Shown in pieces: positions 50,831-64,000 of a stretch of DNA of 64,000 nt; within the stretch, counting starts at the first letter, position 1; each line of letters begins with the position of its first letter. A model generated the notes under the pieces. The model searched no databases. It was given only the letters and a program-made list of their open reading frames with translations, and had not been told where the DNA came from. The stretch is from the NCBI GenBank assembly GCA_964188305.1, contig OZ076885.1. One strand, written 5' to 3'. The position numbers and the translations under genes were made by a program. Source of the DNA: Podarcis bocagei. Lineage: Eukaryota.

Positions 50831-53269
50831 AACCGCCAAGAGGCAAAGCCAGCGAGTCCCAGATGCACCAGTTCTCCACAACAAATGCATCAAACAGGGT
50901 GTGCAACCCAAGTGAATCACTATTTTAAGCCATTGGGGGGGGGGGCGAGATAAAACCCATTCTTAAATCTTCCCTACTGAAAATGACCTAAAAGTGTTAC
51001 ATTTGGACAGATCGCTCCCATAGCTAATGTTGCATCATCTCACTATTTGCAGCAAACATATATGTACATTCTTTTCCACGGTTAACTTTTGTATACCTCA
51101 GAGCACCAAAGATTATTTCCTAATTGCTTACTGATCTGCTGGTGAAGCAAGTTTTCTCCTGACTCCCCTTTGAACTGTCAACATATCCTTTAACATCCTT
51201 TTGACACTAATCAATAAGTTACATTTATTTTTTTATTTAGCTATTTACCCACAACCTAAAGCTATTCCACCCCCACCCCCCATGAAATGTTCCTATAAAC
51301 GCCAGGCCATCTCTTTTCTCTGCCTGGAGAGGAACAGATTGCTCTTGCCAGAGGTCAGATGTGATGGACTTGAGAGGGCTTCCCTGCTTTCCACCATTCT
51401 GTCTGTCTTGACTGCCCCCACCCCCGTTTCTTTTTCATCCTGCCTTCCTAAACTTTCTCTCCAGGCTTCCCCTATCAGCATAAAATTAGGCAGAAGAAGC
51501 TTGGTTCCACACCTCTGATCCAGTGGGGGGGGGCAAGCAGTTGTAGACAACCTTATTTTAAAAGTTCTCTTCATGTAACTTTAGCACAGTTGCAATCTCT
51601 GTATATCATTTGTATCAGGAGTGGGGAGATGATAAATTATGCTGCACCATGCAGCACTGGTGCCTGCTAGTTGACGAGGCTCTTGCAAATAAAGCTACTG
51701 GACTTTAGCAATGTGCTTCTTGTGCTCTTGCGCAAAGTGCAAGCCCAGGTTGATACAAAGCAGTTATGCCTTTACTATTAAGAGAACTTCTGTGTGCATT
51801 CTTGCTTTGTCAAATTTAAGTCAACTGTCCCTTGATTTATATCAGAGACCGTTGGGTCACGAGGCCACCAGCTTTGGGCAAAGCTGTTGCCAACAGTTTG
51901 GACTCCAGCTAAGGTTGCCCACACCAAAGGGACCCTCCATTTGACATCTGGGATGGGACACAATCTTCTGATGAAACACTTGTTTTATCCACAAAGGTTG
52001 CAATGTGCCCAGAGAAAGGCACAACCCTTTTTCAATTAGATGCATGTTTCTGGCTGACCATATTCTCCACCTTTCTATAGCTTTATATCTACCAAGAGAG
52101 CTCTGTATAATAAAGGGGCTCTATTCACTCTCTGTTTCCATGGCTTTCTACCCTTCTCCCAGAAGCAGAAGCATGTTGGAAACAGATGCTGCAGCAGGGC
52201 TTCTCGGTTGCTCAGCATGGCAGTGCCAGGGAGCCCAGGAAGTGGTGGCAGGAGCCCAGTGCCTGCAGAACAGGGTCGTCTTTACCTGGGGTGGAAGAGG
52301 TGCGGGGCACCCGGGCGCTGAATTCTGGGGAGCGCCACCTAAGCTCTTAACTATCTACCTGTTATGAAATAATAAATAATTTTCATCAAGCTAGAAAAAC
52401 AAAATACATATATACCTAGGTATTACCAAAGTGTATACCTACTGTTTCACTAAAAGACTTTCGACTTTGTGCACTCATTTAACAAAGATGCGCCGCACCA
52501 GCAGCGGCTCTTGTCATTCACACTTGCGGCGCTTGTCAGACTCAACGACAGTGCTTGTCATTCTCAATAGCGCCGTGCACACGAAATTAACTCTTACATC
52601 AAAATTTGTTACGTATTGTATTTAGCTACACTGCTATGCGGCAGCAGGGTGAGCAGCACCTTTGACACAACTGATGTTTCTCCTAAGTAGGTGCCTAAAC
52701 AATACTTATAAGTTTAAGTGTGGTATTGTTGTATACTTAAGTATAAGTGTATTGTAAATAAATGAGCAAATAAAAAAGTTTGTTTCCTTTCCCTCCCTCT
52801 CATAAACAAGAGATAAGGCATAAGCATGGTGTCAGACATAAGCATAATAACGATTAATTTGGGGGCTAAATTAAATTTGGGGGTGCTGGGCGGATCTTTG
52901 CACCCTGGTGGCACATATGCTAAAGAATGCGCTGCTGCAGAATGTGGGAGTCGAAGCGAGTGAGGACATCACATCCTCACCCCACTGCATGCAACCTGCA
53001 ATAGCACTGGACCAGGGGAAAAGTTCTCTGCGGGACCAAAAAGGGGCATCCATATAGTAGGCATCTTGCTTTATAGCTAGCAAGTTTCTCGTGCCTCACG
53101 TTGTCCTGCCACTGCTTTGCTTTCCACAGCTTAACCTAGACACGCAGTGTTGCCACTTCACATCCCAGACCCCATGCACCACCCCCCAGCCAGCCCCACA
53201 AAGGCTCTGCATCCAAGCTCATGCGTTCTGGTGAGATACAAGGGGGAAATGCTGTGTATATGACTATAG

Positions 53270-54070
53270 TAGTAGTAGTTTTCAATTTATATACCGTCCT
53301 GTATCCAAAGATCCCAGGGAGGTGTACATCATTAGAAACACATGACGAAACATCGATGATAAAAACATAATAAAAAGCACACTGGCAGCCTAATAATGAA
53401 ATAGTCATCGTAATACCAGTCTTCTCCCCCACGCTTTCACAGGCCATTGATTATTTAATAGCCATAGGCCTGGGTAAAGATGAATGTTTTTGCCTGGCGC
53501 CTAAAGACATGTCACGATGGTGCCAGGAAAACCTCTCTGGGGAGTTCAGAAAAGGCCTGTTCTCTTCTTGTCACCCTCCGAACCTCTCTGGGAGGGGGGC
53601 ATAGAGAAGGGACCCCAGTGACAAGTGCAGGGTCCTGGTCAGTTAAGCAGCCCTTAAGGTATTGAGGTCCTGAGCCGAGTAAGGCTTTAGAGGTCAACAC
53701 CAGCACTTTGAATTGGGCCCAAAAACTAATGGGCAGCCAGTGACAGGGTTAGTGTCATACAGGGCCGTAGCTAGGGGGGTGAGGTGGGCCCCCACCAGGG
53801 ACGCAGGCAATGGGGGGCACAAAATCGGCTAAAAATATGTCCATAAATATTGATTATTGCCTCATAAGAAATGGTTTTAAATAGAGGGTGAATTGAATGG
53901 GGGGGGTTTGGAGGGGAGGCGGAAAGAAGAGCCAGTTTGTGGCTGGGGGAAACAATCTTGACGGTTCTGCCAGGGGCGCAAGATCACCCAGCCACGGCTC
54001 TGGTGTTATCTGCTCAAAGTGTCTTGTTCTGGTGCAGACTCTGGCCATTGCATTTTGCACCAGCTGTGGT
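53270..54070 (-). mobile_element. Degraded L2 fragment interrupted by a hAT-like insertion (53760-54002)
   Basis: VLTSKALLGSGPQYLK and QNAMARV...EQITP; insertion ends cagggccgtagct / agccacggctctg with imperfect gtgtcata/gtgttatc flanks. Confidence 0.55.
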
Positions 54071-55927
54071 GGGAGAAGATTTTAGTGGAGAGGGACTCTA
54101 AACTGTTTCTATTTGCTTTGTGGAAGTGTGATGGAATGCCTATAGGAAAGTCAACGGCAGAAGGAAGTAGACGGGGAGAAGACAGGGAGGTAGAGTAAGT
54201 GAGAAGATAGAAGAAGCTGTGAGTAGAGGAATTCGTGAGAGAGAAAATTGTGAAAGATGAACTAGGTAACAGGACAGGGAGAAAAAGGCACCAGGAGGCA
54301 ATGAAAAAGAGAGAGAGAGCAAGAGAGAGAGAGAGAGCAAAAGGAAAGACAGACACTAGTTTTGATTTAATAGCAATGTGACACTTTATTGCACTGAAAT
54401 ACCTTTTTAGGATTAACAATGTGCATTATTAGCATTATTAAGTATAAACAAAAAGTTAAAACGGATCCCATGTTAGGAGTCAGAAGTTGGTCTTGGATTT
54501 GGACAGATTGCTGGCTTATCTCAATTCATAATAGAAGGCCTACAAGTGCTGAATCCTGTCATTACAGTTTGCAAACTGGAGCTGTGAAAAAATAAATGTA
54601 GAGGGGAGGGCTTTCTCTCTGATCCCACTCCTCCCCAATGCACTTTCACATGTCTGAATAGTGCTTTTGTAATTCACAACATTAACTTCAATTTAGATAG
54701 CGTGCTCTGTCTCTAAGCTCCTATCTTCGGTGACCTTCTCTTAGGCTACAGCATTCTTATTGGTACTCAGTTTACATTAGACCTGGTCTCAGGGCTGAAG
54801 CCTCCCATATGAGAAAAGCGTTTTTATCCAGGTTCCTAACAAAGTACTTTTAAATTGTTATTTGCAAAGTTAGTTCATTCTTTCAGACTTAAAACTTGTT
54901 TAATTGAAGCTTACTGAAACTACCAAGTTGATTTCAATTTTAAAAGTGAAAGTGGTACTTTTCTGCTGGGTATCGTGCCCGGCTGTTGAAGGAGAATCCT
55001 GCTGACAGGAATGTGTGCACAAAATGACAGCTTCGGACTTCTCTTTTATTCCAGCTGTTTCTTATTACTTTCAGCTTTTGCAGGCACTTAAAATAATGCC
55101 ATTCACTATGCTTTGCTTCTGTAAGACTCCATTCTCTGGAAATAGTAGATAATTTATAATTTCTTGTCTCCAAAGGCAGGTAAGATTGGGATCATGATGG
55201 GAGGAATATCCATCTCTCCTTGATTGGTCCTGCTTTTCAATATGCAACTGTAAATGTTTGTGTAATCTGTCCTCCTGTTAGAGCTATGATGATATATAAT
55301 TCCAAATAAATATACCTATTCACTCATTGTCAATGTTAGTATTTTTGTTGACTGACAAATAATGTTGTTTATTTGCTTCATGTACTTAATGTGGTTTTAA
55401 ATATGCCCAAGAGGCTCTCTTATTCTAAACACATTAAATCAATATAATTTACTTTCAGCTAATGGCCAGGATCCAAAGCGCTGCACAACTAGTTACATGG
55501 CAGGGGGCCACTTTTGGCAAATGTTTCTTCAACAGAATCCTTGCAGGTCACAATTCAAGCCAATTGTGAAGCAGAGCAAAGAGGATTGTGAAGTAGCCTG
55601 CCTTTGCAATGTTCAGTGAGAAGAAACATTATTTTAAAAATAATATGGGACTATCTTTATAGACTTTGAAATATCTCTTTGGATCCTGGCAAATGTGTTT
55701 GACCCCAGTACTGCTGGTAGAACTTTCTTTTTACCCCTTGGATTATCTATCTAGTCTTGCAGAATATTTCTTTGGCCATTCACTCTGTAACTAGACTTTG
55801 TTGCTGTTTAAGGATATAATTTAAGAGCCTCATCCGTCTGCATATTAAGAATTGAGCTGCCTCATTCCACTTCAGTGAAGCAATAAAATGTTTTCTGATG
55901 AATCACAGTGAATGCCATATGAATATT

Positions 55928-55987
55928 TATAGACATCTTAAGTTTTCTATAGACATCTTAAGTTTTCTATAGACATCTTAAGTTTTC
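55928..55987. repeat. 20-bp tandem repeat x3 (tatagacatcttaagttttc), followed by (GAT)n at about 56025-56046
   Basis: Direct reading. Confidence 0.95.
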
Positions 55988-58900
55988 TTAAGTTTTTCCA
56001 ACCAGATCTACAGGGTATATTTATGATGATGATGATGATGATGATGTTAAAGAGGAGTAAGCAGAAACTTTGATTCCTGGGTTTGAAATTGACCTCAGGT
56101 TTGTTTTTGGTTACAGCTCATTGTTAGTCTGGAAAGAGTATAAACAGAAGCCTGGGTTCAGATGACTCACTAAGTTAAACCTTGGCTTAGCTCCTGGAAT
56201 TCAGTGGGGCTTACTTCTGAGTAATGCACAGAAGTTGCCACGCAGGACAGTTAACAAGGGCCCACCTAAATTTGCAGACCTTTGAGGAAAGATTATTTCC
56301 TTCCCCCCAGCTTATTTACTTCTCCATCTTTTTTTCTAGAATGTGGAAAGTGATGTGTGGCTACTACATAGAGTAGAACCTGGAAAACCAGGGTACCACT
56401 CACCACTCAACCATGAAACTCCCTGGGTGACCTTGGCCAGTCACTCTCAGTCTATCCTTACAGAGTTCTTGTGAAAAGGGGAGAAGGAGATCCACCAACG
56501 CCTCCTTGAACTTTTTGGACAAAAGGTGGAACTGATCTTAAAAGTAATAATAAAAATAAAAAGTATGTGTCCACAAAATTTTTAGCAGGGGCAGAAAATA
56601 GTACAGGCGCCTGCCTGGTGTCAGTAGACAGGAAGTTCCAAAGCACAGGTTCGCTGTCAGGCTAAGGAATCCTCCACAGGTGCAGAGGGGGTCTTATACG
56701 GCACCTGTGGCACTTCTGGTTCCACTGACCGAAGCAGCGGATGGGTACATGGGCGGTAAGGCAATTTCCCAGGGAAACTGGTCCCAAGTTGTCAAGGGCT
56801 TTCTGCTCTAATTGTAACTCCTTGAACTGGCCTGGTAGCAAATCAGCAGTCAGTGAGAGTCTCCGAGCAGAGGAGTTAGATGCTGACAGGATTTTGTGGT
56901 TTCCCTCAGGTGCCAAAATGTATTGGGCTGGCCCTGGTTCCAGTATAATGGACTGATTTGCAGCCTATATTATTGTAGCTAGCTGATTTAGTCAACCCTG
57001 GCTGCATGCACCCAGCAAAGGTAAATGGACTTGCTACACTCATTTCCTTGCTTTCTCAAATGTGAAGGTAACTTTGTGGCACTGCAGCAGCAGCAGGGAT
57101 GGGAAGGGGCACCTGCAGTTTTGGCAGCATGCATTAGTGCACTGTGTTCACCTTTAAAGTATAGTTTTTACCTTAAGCAAGGTGGTACCAATAGGAATCG
57201 CCATAAAGACTTTTAGGGGTTATGTCCTCCTTCAAGGGTATATTTCTGGGCTCCTTTATTTGAAATCAAATGCTGTGTTTAAGGTTGGTTGTGTGCCAAT
57301 GCACTACTGCTCTTCAGTAACCACATTGTGCTGCAAGTGCTGACTGGTTCTTTGGCAATGCACATCCCAAGTGGCAGAATCCTTGAGAGTCTTATGACTG
57401 GTAATGAGATAGGGAGTAGATGGACCACAGATCCGAGCAAATCTGTCATGTCCTATGTCGTCTGTCTGTGGTCTCCCTTCTAAACCAGAGATGGATGGAA
57501 ATAGGATATGACTCCGTTGTCCCATGGAAGCAATGTAAAGAGACTGCAAAGCCCTGTGCCCATGATGTGACTATACACCAGACCTGACGTCTGCCAGTTA
57601 TTCATAAGTGGATCCATGAACAGCAAAAATATCTGTTAGGCAGGATGTGTTAGTTTGAAGAGAGAATCTTCTGGGTGACTTACTGTACTTCCCACTCTCA
57701 AGAAATGTCTGCTTCAGGTTTGTCATGTGCCTTTCATCAACAAGTGTCAGATTCATGACATGATCACAAATATAAACAGTGGAGAAACACACATGCAGAG
57801 TAATGCAATATTTCACCCCACTTTTCCAAGCAAGTAGAAGTGCTGGGGTATTGTTGGTGTTGTTGTTGGCATCTGTCTGTCTCAAGAAAAAAAGGAGAAT
57901 GTCTCAGTGGATGAAGTCAAACTGCTGTGTCAGCAGCACTGAAGTGACCTCCTGGGGCACAAGCTTGGGCTGTGTGTCTAGAGATCCTGGGCTGCCCATG
58001 ACAAGACCCCCCGCCTCACTGATGTGGTCCAAAGGAAAGCAGAATAACATGTTCAGCACCGGCTTGGCTGCAGGAGTTGTGGGAAGGAGGGATACAAGGT
58101 GCCACCCTACAGACTTTGGGACTCCACTCCATATTTTTGTAGGGTTTATTCCTTCGCCTTTTCTTCTCCTGAAGATATCCCACATGGCAGCAGAGGGTTA
58201 GGATCAGAGTTTTCCTTCTCCTAGATGGACTACGGTACCTTCCGAAGTAGATGAGCCCCATCTGCTCTCACCTCCCTCCATAGCATGTGCAGAAACTGCC
58301 TTCTTGACCATTGGACCCACTCTTGGTCTCGTCCGCTCAATCCACTGGAGCCTGTCTTCACATGCTGGGGATGTCTCTATCTTATCAAGGGTGTGAGACC
58401 CATGGGCTCCCCTCACCTAGTTTAGCCAGCCAGTATAAGCTGTTTCCTGTTGCATATAGACAGCTTCTAGGAGCCACAGGTGAGAGCTGAGTGCAGGGTG
58501 GGGACCAAAGGTGGTCAAACAACTGCAGAAGGAGCACAATGTATCCCTCACCAGAGGTACTACCCCTCCTATAACACCCCATACAGCCCAGTGCCCCTGA
58601 GAAGCAGAATTCTTCCCTCTACCTTTCACAGAAGGAAATGAAAGCTTTTGTGGTGTTAGATTAATCTCTGTACTATGTCTTTATATAACAGAAATGACTA
58701 CTTTTTAACTTCATTTGAAATAAAGCTCAGTGCACACACGTTGCGTTTTCTTGCAGCGCAGCAATGAAGGGTAGACTCCAGAAGGGCACTTTAGGCTAGA
58801 CGCTGTTCTGTATGAATCGTATTCCTTCTCCCTGCTGCTCCCTGTCCGTCCTTCTCCTTGCCAATGCCCTTCCAAGGACAGGCAAGAATGACTGTGAGCG

Positions 58901-60619
58901 CTGCTGCGTCTTGGCTTGCCAGACTGCTGCTTCTGAATGATCCATCATGGCAGGTTTTCAGGCAGCGGTAGCTTCAGAACCAGGCTACAGAAAACAGATG
59001 TATTTAAACTAAAAAGGCAGGCCAAGCTTTGAAGCAATAGTAATTAAAACAATTTGATTTATTGAAAATGCAGGAATCAGATGCAATGCATTACATCTGC
59101 ATAGATGTGTCTGCACCTGCTGGGAATAGCTGCACTGTCTGTGCGTCATCTCCATGTGGTGTCCCGTTCGTTGTCCTGGAAAATGTCACTGTCTCAATCA
59201 AGACAAGCATCCTGCAGTCTTCTTTGCACTGTCTGAACAGCATCTCTAGGAATGTTGCCTTGCCAAGCTTCCTGCTTTTAAACTGCAGGTGGAGAGGAAA
59301 TTTGAATGCAAGTGGGCACCCCAGACTATCATTTCCACTGGCAAGGTAGAACGCAGTTGAAACATTGCCTTCGTCATGTTTCCTTCAAATTTGTCCTTCA
59401 TTTGTCTTTCCTTATTTTATTAGCTAAGTTTCTAAGATTTTTGGAAACCATATATGATGCCAGTGAAGAAAAAGAAGCTATAAGCTGTTTGAGATTTGGG
59501 GTGGAGGGAAAGGCAGACTTTACCAGGCCGCAGAGAGCCAGGTGGTCCCTGCTCAGGCTGCAATCCCATCACCCTAAGGAACAAAATGAGGCAAAATTGC
59601 CACTGAAGATTTTTATGGGAACTTGTTCCATAGGTAACTATTGTCCAGATCTCGTGCAAATTGCTTGAGCTGATCAAGACCAGTGTTTGAGCAGAACAAG
59701 CACATTCTGAGCAGCCAGTTGCTGGCCCAGCTCCTTCCTTGGAGCAGAGAATGTGCTTGCACAGTAAAACTACAGTAGGACTTGCAGTTTTTGAGAGAGG
59801 GAAGCCCCCAACTCCCTCAAGAACTTCCTGTCTTCGAGTTCCTTATGTATAAACAGGAGGCAGGTGCTGCAAAGGACAAGGCGCCATCATAATCAGGGGC
59901 ATTGATCCCAGGGGCAGCAGGAGCCTGCGTTACAGAATAACAGCACACCAACTTTGTGTGAGCAAATATTTATCTCACAAACATACTTAGCATGAGGCCA
60001 TGCCCCGCTGTAAAGACAAATCAGGCTTCTGTGTTTTGAAAGCTACAAAATGTATTAGCACAGGGCTTTTATTATTTGCCAACATGGAGCCATATGTCTA
60101 GGACTTGTGGAGTTTGATGAGGCCACTTTCTGCCATCACGGCCACAGTTTGTCTCCCAACCCTCCTGCTAAGGCAGAATCTGCTGCTCGCTAACAGCCAC
60201 AACAGCTGCCAAGAAGCCAATGCAGAGCACAAAATGTGGGCTATTGTGCACGTTAAGCTTCATTTCTATTTCTCCTTCCAACATCAAACCTCAGCTAACA
60301 TAAAGGTTGGAAAACACAACCTGCTCTAAGAGGGAACTAGTTGAGTGAGCCAGGAGAGCTTGCAGATTGCTGCCCTCCTATTGATTTGTGGATTTATTAA
60401 ATTTCCATCCTGCCCTTTGTCCCAAAGGAGCCCAGGGCAGCAAGCACCAAAGTGATAAAACAATAGAACGAAGCTCCTGCTGGTTCTAGAAGACAGTAGG
60501 GCGGGGAGTGGGGAGTCCACTGACTCATCTGTGGGATGAACTGTAATTCTATGTTGTGAACTGCCCTGAGATCTGAAGGGTGACATACAAATTTAATAAA
60601 CAGCCACAGCCTCTTCCTC

Positions 60620-61190
60620 GGCCACCTGGCATGCATTCCTCCATCTTGGACTGCCCTGACTCTCCCTGCTCCCCCGGTGGACAGCGTCAAACCCCATAAA
60701 TTGCTAGTCACTCTCCTGGCCTCCTGCCTCCCCCCCCCCCACACCCTGCCAGTCACTCACTTGAGAACCTTGACCAAGGGAAAGAGACTGGCAACTGGCT
60801 GGCAATTGCTCCATTAACCTCTGAGGGCCAACCATTCTGTAGAGAGGGAAATGTGCTAAGAACCTCAACCACAACGGGAAGTGATCTGAACATGACAAAA
60901 GACTGTTGTCAGTATCCCCCACTTTCAGCTCACCCTCTTCCTGCCCAGTTGAGAAAACAAGGTCCATCGTGTGGCCTGCCACATGCGTTTGATATGTTGT
61001 GACAGCCCCAGGGCCTGAGTTACCCCAGAGCCGACTGCCTCAGCATGACCCCCGGGACCAACCACAGTTTGGCTGTCCTCAACGCCACCTCAGCTCAGGT
61101 AAGGAGACTGCAGGGCAGCGAGATGGGGGGTAAGCCAGCAGCACCCCTCATTTGTCCCAGTTTACCCAACACTAGGAACACACCCTCTAG
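60620..61190 (-). mobile_element. Degraded L2/CR1-type endonuclease region
   Basis: AGHTMDLVFST...LSCSDHF in ORF 60704..60982 resembles APE-domain motifs. Confidence 0.55.
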
Positions 61191-64000
61191 AAAGTTGTGA
61201 GAAACAGTATTTTTCAGCCATCAAATGTCTGGGCAAACAGGAATGTTTTTAAGTTGCTCCTGAAAATTATACCGAGGGAGACAGAAAGCAAATAGGTTGG
61301 GCTCTGTCAAATTGTTTTCATGCCAGCAGCAATATTGCTGCTGCTTTTTATTCAGGAGAAAGACTAAGAGAAGAACCAAATTCTGGTTTGAAAGGATAGC
61401 CTGTTTGCCTAATGAAGGACCCCATGACCTCAGTGGCAAGACAAAGAAGCCTGAATCAGGACAGCGCGGAATGTGTGTTTGGAGAGGGGGGGCGGATAGT
61501 GTTTTCCTTCACCATGGGACTGAAGGTCAAGTAGCACGCTAATGGAAGCGAGATATTAAATGCAACTGTGGTAGATCACAATTCAGGCGCACACATTCTA
61601 CTTTTAGTATTGATCATTGTACATACATCCTCTCTGGTGTATGCCTGCTCTCTAAAGTCATTTCTCCAGCAAACCTCTCTCTCTCTCTTTGTATAGTAAT
61701 TTACTTGCTAACTGATTTGAGCAGGGGAAGCAGACCCCGTGTGCATCAGGGAAGACCATAGCAGGCCGCTGTGCAGCTGTGGGGGCCATGGTGTGTCCCC
61801 ATACTATAGATCTTAGCCTGCTTTATTTCCACACTTGTTTTGATTGGCCCTGAAGAGGGACCACAACAAACCGTCTTTTGTTTGTGAAGCATCACTGTAC
61901 TGGGACTTCTCACAAACACTGGTGCCACACTGTATAAAACAGAAAGCCATATCTCGCCCCTGTATGCCTTTCCATGCCACATGCCCCTGCAAAGGGCAAT
62001 AGGAGTGGAAGGGTCTTTAGTCCTATGGAAAGTGGGCAGTGCTTGAAAGGTCACTTTTGAAACATCTGTGGACATACACCTCCACATCTGTGCGGACAGT
62101 TACTACGAGCTAATGGAGAGAACATTCAAACCATCAGGCCAAATGGAAAGACATTCACCTTGGTCAACTCACTGAGTTGGTGCTTCCTTCTGAAAATCCT
62201 GCCCACACCCAAAACTCATCAACTTTCAAAAACAATGGTAGGATGTGTTTAGATTTGTCCAGTGTTTGGTGCTCTGTGTATGCATCCATAGCAATGATAG
62301 TTCTTTAATATGTCATGTTATATTTAGACAAGTCTAGAAAGTTTGTATGAGTTTTAATGTTAATCTATTCTATTGTGGTTTTAAATTCCTGTATGTTTTA
62401 AATTACGGTTGGAAATTTTTAGTGGATTTTTAAAATTGTTTTATCTTTTTTGTAAGCTGCATTGAGTTTTTTTTCTACCACCAAGTGGTATATAAATTTT
62501 ATGAAATCCATCTATCAATGATTCACTGCAGTGGCTACCGAGTGCTCAGTGGCGGCTGCTGCACATTTGCTTATTTTCCTGCAAATTCCTTGTTCATCCT
62601 TCCTTCTGTTTAGCCTCTTCTCCTCCTCCCACAGCATCAGCTCCGCTTGTCTTTCTGCCGGCCTCTGCGATTCCTCAGCAGCAGAAGCACCTGCACCAAG
62701 GCAGCCGCAAGATGTGCAACTTCTGCCCATCTGCCACTGAAGCACACAGCAAAACAGTATGGTAATTTTAACCTTTTTCATCTTTCCAGATTTCTCTGGC
62801 CGTGTCCCTTCCCCCTTCCGCACACACACAATTAACAGTGCACAGGCTCTCCTGTTGTGACGAACAAAAGCAACAGTGTTCATTTTATTAGGAAATTAGT
62901 CCAAAGCCCTCATTAACGAAGGGCTCAGCGAGCCTTTGAGCTGCAGCCGGCTTCCACCCTACAAACGGTCTGGGCAACGGCCCTTCATTGTGGTGGCCGC
63001 ATGAGATGCTCTGACTGATGGGCTAACCCAACTCTGAGCGTGACAGCGGGTTGTCTCTATAGAAACTAAGGCAGGCTGGCTTTTGCTATTTTTAGCTGCA
63101 AGGACTCAGGGGCGCCCAGCACATCTCCATGAAGCTGCATCATCTTGCATAGTCACAGGGAACCTTTTGGAGCAGAGAAAAATAATGGAGAAATTGTTCC
63201 TTTCCCAGAACTTAACATGAGTGCTGCCATTTTCAGAGCCATTTTACAAGATATGAATGGAGTAGTTTGTGTACTTTTTCCCACACAATCAAATTATACA
63301 TATAAGAATCTCACTCTATGATTCTGCTTAGTTATAATCCCCTCACCCTGAAATAGAGCCGTGCTGGCACATGGGGGTGGGCTGACCCTGAATCCTGGCA
63401 AGGCCTTGGGGGGGTCTGAATCTGGGCAATTCATCAGTTGCTTGCTTTGGACGGGGTTTTACTCTTCCTGAAAGAGCAGCTTTGTAGTTGGGGTGCTAGA
63501 TCGGGGATTATTGGTTTGTTTTTGTTCTTATGTGTTTTGTGTACTGTAATCTTATGTTGTGAACTGCTCTATGGATACAGGGCGGTATACAAATTTAATA
63601 TATAATATAATTAAACAAACAAACAAGGTTCAGGTGACCTCATTGGCTGTATGAAACGCCTTATAGCAGTTTTGGCTGGTAAGAACTACAGTATAGCCAT
63701 TTCTGGCCTAGCATTGCCTGACCACTGTTGCTTTTTTATACTAAACTTTATTGAGAGTTTTCAACAAAAGATACAATAAAAACCAAAGCAAACTAAAGAA
63801 GAAGAATAAAAACAAAACAGGGAGAAGAGAAAAATAAGACTATGAATAAGAGGGAGAAACCCTATATGTATATTGAATACCAAGCCCTCTATCACAATGA
63901 TATGTTGAGCCTTATTCCACATACAGAAGAGTGCACCCTCCCATCTCTCACCTGGGAGCTTCCCCCTCTTCTGTCAGCCCCACACCTGAAGAAACCTCTC

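Noticed and set aside
49953-50915. Long ORFs (up to 318 aa) in the GC-rich block
   Set aside because: Low-complexity R/G/P/A-rich translations on both strands, expected from stop-codon scarcity in a CpG island.
57598-62883. Possible exons of a neighbouring gene (open frames near 57600-57900, 59090-59340, 62515-62740)
   Set aside because: No recognisable homology and no consistent splice-phase chain; cannot be supported without searches.

Overview
Squamate (probably lacertid lizard; inferred from Sauria SINEs and BovB ends) genomic DNA carrying most of ADARB1 (ADAR2, the A-to-I RNA-editing deaminase) on the minus strand. The gene runs from a CpG-island promoter at about 49.7-50.8 kb through seven coding exons (28330-28357 down to 8387-8568; 1741 coding nt, splice phases consistent). 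The last coding exons were not found and probably lie left of the window. The introns are dense with transposons: TA-flanked Tc1/mariner-type MITEs, hAT MITEs, Sauria SINEs, and L2, CR1, RTE/BovB and Penelope-like fragments. Highlights: (1) the ADAR2 self-editing feedback module is visible, with the editable AA pseudo-acceptor 47 nt upstream of the dsRBD exon and its complementary sequence about 2.66 kb upstream (25134-25242); (2) an internal GTAAGT in that cassette could define an editing-dependent 20-nt micro-exon giving an in-frame deaminase-only isoform (hypothesis); (3) Penelope-derived minimal hammerhead-ribozyme motifs lie in the introns, one inside a perfect 70-bp hairpin 52 nt from a splice donor and five in a palindromic array at the window start. 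All coordinates were read by eye; no searches or folding were run.
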